Of a DNA stretch of 64,000 nt, positions 39,815 to 49,206 are shown one piece after another. A program made the translations under genes and the position numbers. The notes beneath the pieces were generated by a model. It was given only the letters and a program-made list of their open reading frames with translations. It made no database searches and was not told the origin of the DNA. The stretch covers positions 128,001 to 192,000 of the forward strand of contig CAWFGO010000001.1 in the NCBI GenBank assembly GCA_963815455.1. The letters run 5' to 3'. The first letter of the stretch is position 1. Each line of letters begins with the position of its first letter. This stretch comes from an uncultured Verrucomicrobiae bacterium (GTDB taxonomy: Bacteria; Verrucomicrobiota; Verrucomicrobiia; Chthoniobacterales; UBA10450).

Positions 39815-42082
39815 ATGCCTATCATGTCTGCCTCGGAGCGCGCGCTCCGCTTCATAGCTCTGGCCCTTGTTCGGCTTGTGTATCGCGTAACGGCGCATGG
39901 AATCGAAAACCTGCCGGCCGGCGGCTTTTTGCTCTTGCCTAACCATATCACGTGGGTGGACGCCGTTGTGCTGCAACTCGCGTGCCCGCGCCCGATTCGT
40001 TACATCGTCGACCAGCAGTATTATCATAAACCATTCCTGCGTCCGTTCTTAGGACTCGCGGGTTGCATTCCCATCGACACGCGCAATTCGCGCTCCGCGA
40101 TTCGCGCGGCAACGGAAAAGCTCGCCCAGGGCGAAATTGTTTGCCTGTTCCCCGAGGGCCAGCTGGAGCGGGCCGGGACCCTATTGCGTCTACGCCGCGG
40201 TTACGAATTGATCGCGCGGCACGCTGGGGCGGCGGTCGTGCCGGTTTGGCTGGATCAGCTTTGGGGCTCGATTTTCTCGTTCCAAGGCGGCCGGTTCTTC
40301 ACCAAGTTGCCCAAACGAATCCCCTATCGAGTCACGGTTGCCTTTGGAAAGCCGCTCGCGGCTGAGGTCGCGGACATCGCAACGGTGCGCGAAGAACTTC
40401 TTAAGCTCGGCGAATTTTGTTTTGGCGCGCGACCATCGTTGGATCGACATCTGGCCGAGGCCTGCGTCCGCGGCTTGAAAAAGCGACCTTTCGACACCGC
40501 CGTTGTCGATGGTCTCGATCACAGCGCGTTGAGCCGGTCGAAATTGCTCGGCGCTGCCGCGGCCTTGAGCCGCCATCTTCGAAAACAATTTCCCGATGAG
40601 AGAATCGCGATCGTCTTGCCGGCTGGAAAGGCATCGATGGTGGCCAACCTGGCTGTGACGCTGGCGGCGAAAATACCCGTCGATCTTAATTTCACGATGG
40701 GCCGCGCGGCCAATGAATCGTGTTGCAAGCGGGCCAGCTTGCGGGTCGCCATTTCGGCAACGCCATTCATCGAGCGCGTCAAAGATTTTCCGTGGCCGGA
40801 ACAGGTCGTGAAACTGGACGAGCTGCTACCTGGCTTAAAGCGCCAGATCGTTCTCTGGTGGGCGCTATCGATCCTCGTTCCCGCACGATTGCTGTTGCGG
40901 CTCCTGCAAATTCCGAAACGAGGCGGGCACGAGGAAGCAACGCTGCTTTTCACCAGCGGAACCACCGGCGAGCCAAAAGGAGTGGTCCTCAGCCACCGCA
41001 ACATTGTCGGAAACGTCTCGCAATTTTGTGAGCTCCTCGATCTAAAAAAAGGCGACGGCATTCTGGCGTCCCTTCCTTTTTTCCATAGCTTCGGATCGAC
41101 TGTCACGCTTTGGTACCCGCTGATCGAAGGCGTACCGATTGTCACTTACCCGAGTCCGCTCGAAGCAGCGAACAATGCGGCCTTGATCGAGCGCTACAAA
41201 TTGACTCTGCTGCTCGCAACGCCCACTTTCCTGCGGGGCTATTTGCGCAAAGCCGAACCCCACCAGCTCCGCAGCCTGAGGCTCGTCATTACCGGAGCGG
41301 AAAAGCTTCCTGTCGATCTTTCCAAAACTTTCGAGGAGCGCTTTCAGCAACGAGTCTTCGAAGGTTACGGTCTCACCGAAACCTCGCCGGTGGTGAGCGT
41401 CAATCTGCCCGAACCGGTGCCGACCCGGCCGGGAGAACAGGTGCAACCGTCGAGTCGATTGGGCTCGGTTGGAAGAATGGCGCCGGGGATCGCGGCCGAA
41501 ATTCGCGAGCCCGAAACCGGGCGCAAGCTCTCATTGCATGAGAGCGGGATGCTCTGGCTGCGCGGTCCGAATATTTTCGAAGGTTACCTGCACGACCCGG
41601 AACGGACCGCGGAAGTTTTGCACGACGGCTGGCTGAAAACCGGCGACATCGGTCGATTTGACGAAGACGGGTTCCTCTACATCGAAGGCCGGCTCTCGCG
41701 ATTCTCCAAGATCGGCGGCGAAATGGTGCCGCACGAAGCGATCGAACAAAAAGTTATCGATCTTCTCGGTTTGGCCGGACGAGATGAACGTCCATTCGCA
41801 ATCATGGGCCTGCCGGACGAAGCCAAGGGCGAAGCGCTCGTCCTGCTCAGCGCGGTCGATGTCGATCTTAACCAGTTGCGCGACAAACTTCGTGAAGCCG
41901 GCGTCCCGAACCTGTGGATTCCCAAGCAAGTTCAGCGCATCGAAGCGATCCCGGTTCTTGCCTCCGGCAAACTCGATCTCAAAAGATGCCAGGAATTAAT
42001 AGAACACGGTGGATCGAGCGCTCCGTGCCGCCAGTCCGGCTCGGACCTCGATGTTAAGAATGGCGGCGAAACCGCAAATTGA
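39815..42082 (+). CDS. aas: Aas-like bifunctional acyltransferase / acyl-ACP synthetase
   Basis: NHITWVD and FPEG acyltransferase motifs; FTSGTTGEPKG, EGYGLTE, TGDIG, RFSKIGGEMV adenylation motifs. Confidence 0.9.
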   Translation: MPIMSASERALRFIALALVRLVYRVTAHGIENLPAGGFLLLPNHITWVDAVVLQLACPRPIRYIVDQQYYHKPFLRPFLGLAGCIPIDTRNSRSAIRAATEKLAQGEIVCLFPEGQLERAGTLLRLRRGYELIARHAGAAVVPVWLDQLWGSIFSFQGGRFFTKLPKRIPYRVTVAFGKPLAAEVADIATVREELLKLGEFCFGARPSLDRHLAEACVRGLKKRPFDTAVVDGLDHSALSRSKLLGAAAALSRHLRKQFPDERIAIVLPAGKASMVANLAVTLAAKIPVDLNFTMGRAANESCCKRASLRVAISATPFIERVKDFPWPEQVVKLDELLPGLKRQIVLWWALSILVPARLLLRLLQIPKRGGHEEATLLFTSGTTGEPKGVVLSHRNIVGNVSQFCELLDLKKGDGILASLPFFHSFGSTVTLWYPLIEGVPIVTYPSPLEAANNAALIERYKLTLLLATPTFLRGYLRKAEPHQLRSLRLVITGAEKLPVDLSKTFEERFQQRVFEGYGLTETSPVVSVNLPEPVPTRPGEQVQPSSRLGSVGRMAPGIAAEIREPETGRKLSLHESGMLWLRGPNIFEGYLHDPERTAEVLHDGWLKTGDIGRFDEDGFLYIEGRLSRFSKIGGEMVPHEAIEQKVIDLLGLAGRDERPFAIMGLPDEAKGEALVLLSAVDVDLNQLRDKLREAGVPNLWIPKQVQRIEAIPVLASGKLDLKRCQELIEHGGSSAPCRQSGSDLDVKNGGETAN

Positions 42083-42122
42083 TTACCATCGCCCGCGGAG
42101 CGGCCGATCCACCACTTCCCGA

Positions 42123-43970
42123 ATGCGCCAGTTTCACTTCATCGCCAACCGCACTGCGTGCTTGTCGGCGAAAGCTGTGTTCGCTTGCGTCGCGCGCGTC
42201 CACGTGTTGCGGCGGGAGAATGCGAACCGCGCTGGCGGATTTCTGCTGGCGGCAAATCATATCAGCCATTTCGATCCGGTTATTCTTTCGTCGGTCGTAC
42301 GCCGCAAAATTGATTGGATGGCCATGGCGGAATTTTTCCCGCATCCGGTCCTGGGACGCTTCTTGCGGGCAGTTGATGCGTTTCCGACCGACCGGCACCG
42401 GGCGGATCGCAACACGATCCGGACCGCGATTGAGCGGTTACACAGAGGACGCATCGTGGGCGTTTTCCCCGAAGGAGGCATTCGCGACGGAGCGCGCTCG
42501 CTCCTGGAAGGCGCGCCGCTTCGTCCGGGCGCGTCCACTCTGGCGCATATGGCCGGATCTCCGATCCTGCCGTGTGTCATTCTGGGCAGCGATCGGCTTT
42601 ACTCGAAGAAGAGTTGGTTGCCGCGCCGCCGAATGCCGATCTGGGTCGCATTCGGCGATCTGATCCCAATTTTTTCGGATTTGGATAAGACCGCCGCGCG
42701 CGAGCGCATCGAGGGCGAGCTCGCTGCCGCTTTCAAGAATCTTTATTCCGAGCTGCAACAAACATTTCAGCTCACGCCGGACGATTTGCCGCATTCGCCA
42801 CAAGAGCGCATGGGCCAGGCAAGTCGTCATCCCGAGCGGCAACGTGACGTTGCATCCAGTACTGCCGGTCATACCGGCACATATCAAGCCCGCCCTGAGC
42901 GAGCAGTCGCGAGTCGAATGGGAGGGATCCCGTTGCCAAACTCTCCGGTCACTCCCCGGGATTCTTCGACTCCGCTTCGCTCCGCTCAGAATGACAGATG
43001 GAACGGGCTGCGTCGGGCGAGCGCCACGATTGTCGATGGAGCAATGTGTGTCTCAATGAATCTGCTCCAGTCGCGTCATCGTTTGCATGCTGGCAGCCGC
43101 GATGAAATGGAACGCTACGTGACGCATTGCGAAACATTGACCGCTCAACAGTTCTACGCCGCGCCGCCCGATGGCAAAATCACCGGCCAGATCGACAGTC
43201 GGATTGCCAGAATCGCCTGGCGAAGCCCAATCGAAACGAAGTTTTCCGAAAATAATACTGTCCGCGTCGATTTGTTTCCCTGTTCGCTCGGCTGGGGCGC
43301 ACCGACCGTAATCATGTTACACTCACTCCTGTCGGCGAGCAGCATCGGTTATCGCCGATGCGCCGTCCGGTTCAATGAGTTCGGCTGGAACGCTTGCTTC
43401 GTCCATCTGCCCTATCACTATTCGCGGGTGCCACGCGGTTACTGGAATGGCGAACTGGCAATTACCGCCGATCTCATCCGCAGCGCCGAGGGCCTGCGAC
43501 AGGGTGTGACGGAAGTGCGGCAACTCATCGGCGCATTGCGCGAGCGAGGCTGCTCGGAGTTCGGAATCCTCGGTACCAGCTATGGCGGCTGGATCGGCGC
43601 GCTGCTGGCCATGGTTGAGCGTGACCTCCGCTTTGTGGCGTTAATGGCGCCGATAGTAAATGCCGAACATGCGATCTGGGAAAGCCCCGCATCGGCCCGA
43701 ATGAGGAAAGAGTTGGGCCGTGCAAACATCGATGCGCAACTCGTGGCGCGCCATTTTCGACTCTGTTCACCAGTGCATAATCAACCGTTGTGCAATGCCG
43801 AGCGCGTCCTGTTCGTTGCCGGCGAATTCGATTTGGTTGCGCGACAAGCGGATATTGAAACGATCCATCACAAATGGCGCGGCTCGGAGTTGCTGCGGGT
43901 GCCGCAGGGACATTTCGGCTATCGCATGATGCGCGAAACAGTCGGGCGCTTGAAAGAACGTGGCTTGTAG
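42123..43970 (+). CDS. PlsC-type lysophospholipid acyltransferase fused to an alpha/beta hydrolase
   Basis: NHISHFD and FPEGG, then GTSYGG nucleophile elbow, EFD and GHFG; the linker contains a family B element. Confidence 0.82.
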   Translation: MRQFHFIANRTACLSAKAVFACVARVHVLRRENANRAGGFLLAANHISHFDPVILSSVVRRKIDWMAMAEFFPHPVLGRFLRAVDAFPTDRHRADRNTIRTAIERLHRGRIVGVFPEGGIRDGARSLLEGAPLRPGASTLAHMAGSPILPCVILGSDRLYSKKSWLPRRRMPIWVAFGDLIPIFSDLDKTAARERIEGELAAAFKNLYSELQQTFQLTPDDLPHSPQERMGQASRHPERQRDVASSTAGHTGTYQARPERAVASRMGGIPLPNSPVTPRDSSTPLRSAQNDRWNGLRRASATIVDGAMCVSMNLLQSRHRLHAGSRDEMERYVTHCETLTAQQFYAAPPDGKITGQIDSRIARIAWRSPIETKFSENNTVRVDLFPCSLGWGAPTVIMLHSLLSASSIGYRRCAVRFNEFGWNACFVHLPYHYSRVPRGYWNGELAITADLIRSAEGLRQGVTEVRQLIGALRERGCSEFGILGTSYGGWIGALLAMVERDLRFVALMAPIVNAEHAIWESPASARMRKELGRANIDAQLVARHFRLCSPVHNQPLCNAERVLFVAGEFDLVARQADIETIHHKWRGSELLRVPQGHFGYRMMRETVGRLKERGL

Positions 43971-44098
43971 CCGCCGCCCGGCGGGTGGCGTGCAGAGGCT
44001 CGGAGGGACATGCTTCTGCATGTCCCGGACGCGCAGAAGCGCGTCCCTCCGATTCTTGGTGCAGTATCGATTTTTTTCTCGATCCAGAATGGATAGGC

Positions 44099-45622
44099 CT
44101 AATCCACCCAATCCATTGCCGCGAGCATGCTGCGAAAATCCGGGTCATCGGTCGAAAGCGGCGGAAGCCATTCGCCGATTAGCTCGCGTTTCCACCATGC
44201 TTTTTCGCCGGGCGGCGCAAACTGGTAACGATAGAGACGCGCCCGAATGTAATGCGGCGGTGCAGTTGGAAATGGATTGTTTGCGATCAGCGAAAGCGTG
44301 CCGGGATCGTTGTGCAGAAGTTTCCAGACAAAATGGAACGTCCAGGGATAATCGCCTGGCGAGGCCATGGCGGCGAACCAGATTTGCCAGTCGATCCGCG
44401 GTTGATATGGCGCCATGAATGGCGGCCGTCGGTTCGGATCGCCGGGTTTGGCTTTGAATTCGTACTCCTTCCACTCGGCGCCGGTGAGGAACAGGCTGTC
44501 GGTTCCTTCAAAAATGATCTCGTCGCGTTCGCGACCAACAGTTCCGAAGGCACCGTAGGTGTTGACCAGATCAAGCGGGTCGTAGGAGTAATTCATCAAT
44601 TGCCGGCCGGAAGCCAGGTTCAGCACGGGCGCGATGCTCAAATAGGCCACCAGGATCGCCAAAGTGATGGTGAGGCAATTCGTAATCGGCGACGGTTTAG
44701 ATTCCTGTGCAGCTCGCTCAGCGCGCTGAACGAGACCTTTCGGCAAAACGTGGCGTAGAAACGTGTCGTCGAAGCAGGCGAGGAAGGGAATGATCGTCAA
44801 ATAGTTCAGGAACGACAGATTGCCGCTGATGATGAGAAAGATCTGAAGCGTCACCAGCAGCACGCCCGCAACGTGGCGCGCCGTTCGCGGCCCGAATGAG
44901 AACCATGGCACTATTACTTCAACAAAATGGTTCCAAGCCGTTTCAAATTTGAGCAGCCAAAGCGGCGAAAAATGCAAATAGCGGCTGATCGGGTTCGGGA
45001 TCGGCTGGGTCTCGTAGTGATAGTAAAGACAAGTGAGATCGCGCCAGCAAGGATCGCCCCGCAATTTGATGAGCCCGGCCCCGATCATGATTCGAAAACC
45101 GAGCCACCGAAAAAGCCAGATCACAAGAATCGGCGGCCGGCACTTCGGAAACGGGCGGCCATCGAACAGCGGGCAAAGAAAGATCGACAAAAAACCGGTT
45201 TCGAGCAGTTGAATCTCCCAGCCGTAACCGTACCAGATTTGGCCGATGTGAACGATCGACATGTACATCGCCCACAACACCGTGAGAATGATGGCATTGG
45301 CATATCCGGCGAGGAGAACAACCGACAAAGCGAAGCCGATCCAGGAGAAGATCGACAGCGCGTTGTCAGAAATTCCGAACCAGAACAGCGTCGGCATCTG
45401 GAGCATCGCAGCGGACCCCGAACCGGAGTGGGCCTGGATTCGTTCAAGAAAATGATTCGCTGGAGTTAGCCCATGCTCACCAACGAGTGGCACCAGTTGA
45501 TTCGCCGCGACCAGGAAGGCAATCGCGTAAACGAAACCGAGCAGACGAAGAATGATGAATCGCGTCAGCCAGTAGGAATTTCCGAGCGCGAAGAACTTTG
45601 CCAGAATATTCTCGTCATTCAT
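44099..45622 (-). CDS. Lipase maturation factor family protein
   Basis: YGYGWEIQLLETGFL, GLIKLRGD..WRDL...YHYETQPIP, PYQPRIDWQIWFAA. Confidence 0.92.
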   Translation of the reverse strand: MNDENILAKFFALGNSYWLTRFIILRLLGFVYAIAFLVAANQLVPLVGEHGLTPANHFLERIQAHSGSGSAAMLQMPTLFWFGISDNALSIFSWIGFALSVVLLAGYANAIILTVLWAMYMSIVHIGQIWYGYGWEIQLLETGFLSIFLCPLFDGRPFPKCRPPILVIWLFRWLGFRIMIGAGLIKLRGDPCWRDLTCLYYHYETQPIPNPISRYLHFSPLWLLKFETAWNHFVEVIVPWFSFGPRTARHVAGVLLVTLQIFLIISGNLSFLNYLTIIPFLACFDDTFLRHVLPKGLVQRAERAAQESKPSPITNCLTITLAILVAYLSIAPVLNLASGRQLMNYSYDPLDLVNTYGAFGTVGRERDEIIFEGTDSLFLTGAEWKEYEFKAKPGDPNRRPPFMAPYQPRIDWQIWFAAMASPGDYPWTFHFVWKLLHNDPGTLSLIANNPFPTAPPHYIRARLYRYQFAPPGEKAWWKRELIGEWLPPLSTDDPDFRSMLAAMDWVD

Positions 45623-45887
45623 GAAACCACCACCGCGTGACTGAAACCTTCAACGCTCACCGCTCCAGGCCCAACACTCAACTCATTTGCCAGTCATCCC
45701 GAGGCGCGAAGACGCCGAGGGATCTCACAAGTTACGGAACAGCTGCGTAAATAATACGAGCACCGGTTCGAATTCCAATCCGTCCCTCGCGAGGTCCCTC
45801 GCTTCGCTCGGGATGACAAACAAATGACGCCACGCTTCCAGGTCGCGTTGACACGCCCCGCGACGTGTTCAACTTTCTTTGCCTCGC

Positions 45888-45938
45888 GCCAGGGTAGCTC
45901 AGCGGTAGAGCAGCCCCGAAAGCTTTCGGGGTTGGTCG
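45888..45938 (+). repeat. tRNA 5' fragment copy with the anticodon arm replaced by CCCCGAAAGCTTTCGGGG
   Basis: gccagggtagctcagcggtagagcag is identical to the tRNA 5' end, followed by the palindrome and ttggtcg. Confidence 0.9.
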
Positions 45939-45973
45939 CATCCTGAGTTAGAATTGGCGCTACAAAATTTGCC

Positions 45974-46045
45974 GCCAGGGTAGCTCAGCGGTAGAGCAGG
46001 GGACTCATAAGCCCTTGGTCGGGAGTTCAATTCTCCCCCCTGGCA
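45974..46045 (+). tRNA. tRNA with CAT anticodon (Ile2 or elongator Met); CCA not encoded
   Basis: Acceptor GCCAGGG/CCCTGGC, D arm GCTC/GAGC, loop CTCATAA, T arm GGGAG-TTCAATT-CTCCC. Confidence 0.93.
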
Positions 46046-46052
46046 CTCCCCT

Positions 46053-46295
46053 GTGCCGTGGATTTATATTTTGAAAGGTTCATCTGGCCGACATTACATC
46101 GGGTCGACAATTGATCTGGATGCACGACTGGCTCAGCATCGCCGCGGCCACACCCATACAACCAAAAGGCTTGGAAAAAATCTGGACGTGATAGCAAGTA
46201 AAGAAGTAGGGACGCTCGATGAAGCGCGTAAAATCGAGCGGGCATTGAAGGCAAAGAAAAATCCGCAACTCGCCATTCACGCGTTGCAACCCTAG
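46053..46295 (+). CDS. Small GIY-YIG nuclease family protein
   Basis: WIYIL....RHYIGST.DL..RL.QH.....TTK ... A.KIE..LK. Confidence 0.9.
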   Translation: MPWIYILKGSSGRHYIGSTIDLDARLAQHRRGHTHTTKRLGKNLDVIASKEVGTLDEARKIERALKAKKNPQLAIHALQP

Positions 46296-46348
46296 AGCAG
46301 CCCCGAAAGCTTTCGGGGTTGGTCGGGAGTTCAATTCTCCCCCCTGGC
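46293..46348 (+). repeat. tRNA 3' fragment copy with the anticodon arm replaced by CCCCGAAAGCTTTCGGGG
   Basis: tagagcag + palindrome + ttggtcgggagttcaattctcccccctggc, identical to the tRNA outside the anticodon arm. Confidence 0.9.
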
Positions 46349-46386
46349 GCTCCTTCGCCGGAAGGCGATTTCACATCGGATGCAAA

Positions 46387-46477
46387 GGTGGATCGGCCGT
46401 TCCGCGGACGATGCTAACCAAGTGGCGGTCTCCGGCCGCGTAAGATTACCATCGAGCGACTGAGCGCTCGATCCACC
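46387..46477. repeat. Family F palindromic element (GGTGGATCG ... CGATCCACC)
   Basis: Related copies at 20438-20525 (inside smc) and 42008-42113 (aas 3' end). Confidence 0.85.
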
Positions 46478-46481
46478 TCCC

Positions 46482-47256
46482 CTAGTCTTTCTCCTTGGCT
46501 ACGTATGGCCTCAGATCTTTTTCATGGCCACGCAGCGCGGCCATAAAGCAAACGCCGTTGCGTTCCTTTCACTACGCCGGCCCAGCCCTCCTGCTCGACA
46601 TAGCGCCAACCCGAAAATTCCCGCACGGCGCCGGTCTTGGGATCTTTCTCGGCCGGGAACAGAAACAACTGCATTTTTTTCTCCACGATCCAAATCTGGG
46701 CGACGCGATGGCCGTCCTCGTCGTCGAAAACGCGCCAGCCGATCGTGCGAAAATCGGCGAACTCGGGGGGGACATCGTAGCGCTCCAGGTGGTGCTTCAT
46801 AAAAAAGAGATCGCCTAACGTGCCGGCATCGGCCGAAACCGGCTCGAGCAGGACCGATCTCGTCGAACCGGCGGTAGCCAGCAATTTTCTGGCAGCGCTG
46901 ATTCCCGGGAAATCGTGCATGTGTTCGATAAACTGGAAAACGAACACGCCCGCGATCACCGCCAGAGCAAGACCGATTGCCAGCACGGCCGGATTTTGGG
47001 CCGTTTTCTTCCAGCTAAACTTGTGGCTGGGAGCAAGGTCTTCACTGGAAAACCATTCCGCCACGTCCCCCGGAATCGGAATGGTTTGAATCAGCGCGGC
47101 CACGGCGCGATCAAAGCTCTGCTGGTTGGCAAATTCCTCCGTCCCCCGCGCGCGAAAAACCGCCGCGCGCATGAATCGATCGTCTATGAGCTCCTCGTTG
47201 ATGGGAGCGAGATTCAGCAAGACCCGTTGCTGACGAGACAACTGAACCGGTTTCAT
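46482..47256 (-). CDS. Single-pass membrane protein, possible anti-sigma factor; frameshift near 46567
   Basis: Overlaps the stop of a sigma-like ORF; central TM AVLAIGLALAVIAGVFVF; C-terminus continues in a shifted frame to TAG at 46482. Confidence 0.55.
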
Positions 47257-47738
47257 ATCAGCTGCTCCCGCTCGGGAAGGGTCGCATTGAGCCAGGCTTG
47301 AAACTGACGCCGCCCCTGGGCAAGCAGCCGAGACAGATCGCCAATCTTGGTCTCGGTCACGTTGAGGATGTCCTCATAATCGAATTCGCTCAGGTAAAAA
47401 AGGGCCAGCGCGGTTCGTTGCGGCTCGGGCGCGGCCGAAACCCAGATGGCGAGCTGATTGGTATCAAGTTTTTTTAGCTGGTCGGGTGCGGCCGGGGAGA
47501 GATCGCTCTCTTCAAGATCGACATCTTCTGGTTGGAGTCCGTGTTCGCCCGCTTCGATGCAGCGGGAACGGGCATCGCGATAAAGCCAGAAGGGATCGTT
47601 GGGCGCATCGCCGTTGGACGAACGCAACGCGGCTTCGCGCAAGGTTGCATGAAAAACCTCCTGCGCCTTTCGCGCATCGCCTGTCATCAGGAAACAAAAG
47701 CGATAGAGCTGTGGCAGATTTTGTTTTCGATCCGGCAC
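47253..47738 (-). CDS. ECF sigma-factor-like protein (divergent)
   Basis: LYRFCFLMTGD..KAQEVF (region 2-like) and PEPQRTALALFY....YEDI (region 4-like). Confidence 0.6.
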   Translation of the reverse strand: MPDRKQNLPQLYRFCFLMTGDARKAQEVFHATLREAALRSSNGDAPNDPFWLYRDARSRCIEAGEHGLQPEDVDLEESDLSPAAPDQLKKLDTNQLAIWVSAAPEPQRTALALFYLSEFDYEDILNVTETKIGDLSRLLAQGRRQFQAWLNATLPEREQLI

Positions 47739-47878
47739 TCCGGCACCCTTTATAAAAATTCAGCGCACTCTACGCGTATCGCCCGGATCGACAAGGGCGA
47801 TTCGCCCTGTAGCCGCGGCGCTGTCTCGCCGTGGTCGTGACGACAACCGGCGCCTAGCGCCTCGACATAGCGAGGCGA

Positions 47879-49114
47879 CTACAGTTTTTCCAGTCTGCGC
47901 GCGACTTCTTCAGCGTTGGAGCGGCTGTTGAAGGCCGAGATGCGGAAGTAACCTTCGCCTTGAGCGCCGAACCCGCTGCCCGGGGTGACGACAACGCTCA
48001 GTTCCCTTAACATGCGGTCGAACAGTTCCCAACTGGTTAACCCATCCGGCGTTTTCACCCAGACGTAGGGCGCGTTTACCCCACCGAAGACCGCCAGGCC
48101 CGCATCAGCCGCCGCAGTGCGAAGAATCCTGGCGTTGCCCATGTAATGGTCGATCAGCGCGCGCACCTGTTTGCCGCCCTCAGGTGAATAGACCGCCTCG
48201 GCCCCGCGCTGCACGGGATAACTCACACTGTTGGCTTTTGTGCTCCATCGCCGGTGCCACAAGGCGTGCAGCGGCAAACGCCGGCCGCTCTCGGTGCTGG
48301 CCAACAACGATTTCGGCATCACGGTAAACCCGCACCGGATACCGGTGAATCCGCCGTTCTTGGAAAAACTGCGAAACTCGACCGCGCATTCCCGCGCGCC
48401 TGGAATTTCGAAAATGGAGTGCGGAACCGCAGGATCGGAAATGTAGGCTTCATAGGCCGCATCAAACAAAATTAGCGCTTCGTGCTTGCGAGCGTATTCC
48501 ACCCAGTCCGTCAGTTGCTCGCGCGACGCGACCGTTCCGGTCGGATTGTTCGGGAAACAGAGATACACAAGATCGACATGCTCTGTGGGCGGCTCGGGGA
48601 CGAAATTGTTCTTCGCCGTGCAGGGCAAGTAAACAAGGCCTTCGTAACTCCCGTCTTTTCTCACCAGGCCGGTGTGGCCCGCCATCACGTTCGTATCGAC
48701 ATAAACCGGGTAAACCGGATCGGTGATCGCGACTTTGTTTTGGTCGCCCAGGACGTCGAGGATGAAGCCGCAATCGGACTTTGAACCGTCGGAGACAAAT
48801 ATCTCATCGTCGGCGATGTCGATCTTCCGGTCGCGATAATCGTGCTGCGCGATTGTCGATCTTAGAAACTCGTAGCCTTGCTCGGGACCGTACCCGCGAA
48901 ACGTCTCGCGATGCCCAAGCTCTTCGACGGCGCGCTTCATCGCCTCGATGGCAGCTCGCGGTAACGGCTCGGTCACATCGCCGATCCCGCAACGAATCAA
49001 TCTCTTTGCCGCTTCCGGGTTCGCCGCGCAGAATTCGTTCACCCGCCGGGCAATCTCGGGAAAAAGATACCCGGCCTGCAGCTTGAGATAGTTTTCGTTT
49101 AGGTAGGCCATCAC
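47879..49114 (-). CDS. dapL: LL-diaminopimelate aminotransferase
   Basis: [40 protein letters not shown]. Confidence 0.96.
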   Translation of the reverse strand: MMAYLNENYLKLQAGYLFPEIARRVNEFCAANPEAAKRLIRCGIGDVTEPLPRAAIEAMKRAVEELGHRETFRGYGPEQGYEFLRSTIAQHDYRDRKIDIADDEIFVSDGSKSDCGFILDVLGDQNKVAITDPVYPVYVDTNVMAGHTGLVRKDGSYEGLVYLPCTAKNNFVPEPPTEHVDLVYLCFPNNPTGTVASREQLTDWVEYARKHEALILFDAAYEAYISDPAVPHSIFEIPGARECAVEFRSFSKNGGFTGIRCGFTVMPKSLLASTESGRRLPLHALWHRRWSTKANSVSYPVQRGAEAVYSPEGGKQVRALIDHYMGNARILRTAAADAGLAVFGGVNAPYVWVKTPDGLTSWELFDRMLRELSVVVTPGSGFGAQGEGYFRISAFNSRSNAEEVARRLEKL

Positions 49115-49206
49115 GTGTAGCGGCGGTCTCCGACCGTCGCATATTTCGGGAGAGAAGTTAGCGACGGTCAGAGACCGCCGCTACAGAAAGACGCTGAGAC
49201 TGCGCG

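Noticed and set aside
45888..46348. Prophage or genomic island att sites at the tRNA
   Set aside because: The copies span under 500 bp, there is no integrase, and the anticodon arm is altered.
45888..46348. Intron-containing or split tRNA
   Set aside because: An intact tRNA is present at 45974-46045, and the partial copies lack an anticodon and intron features.
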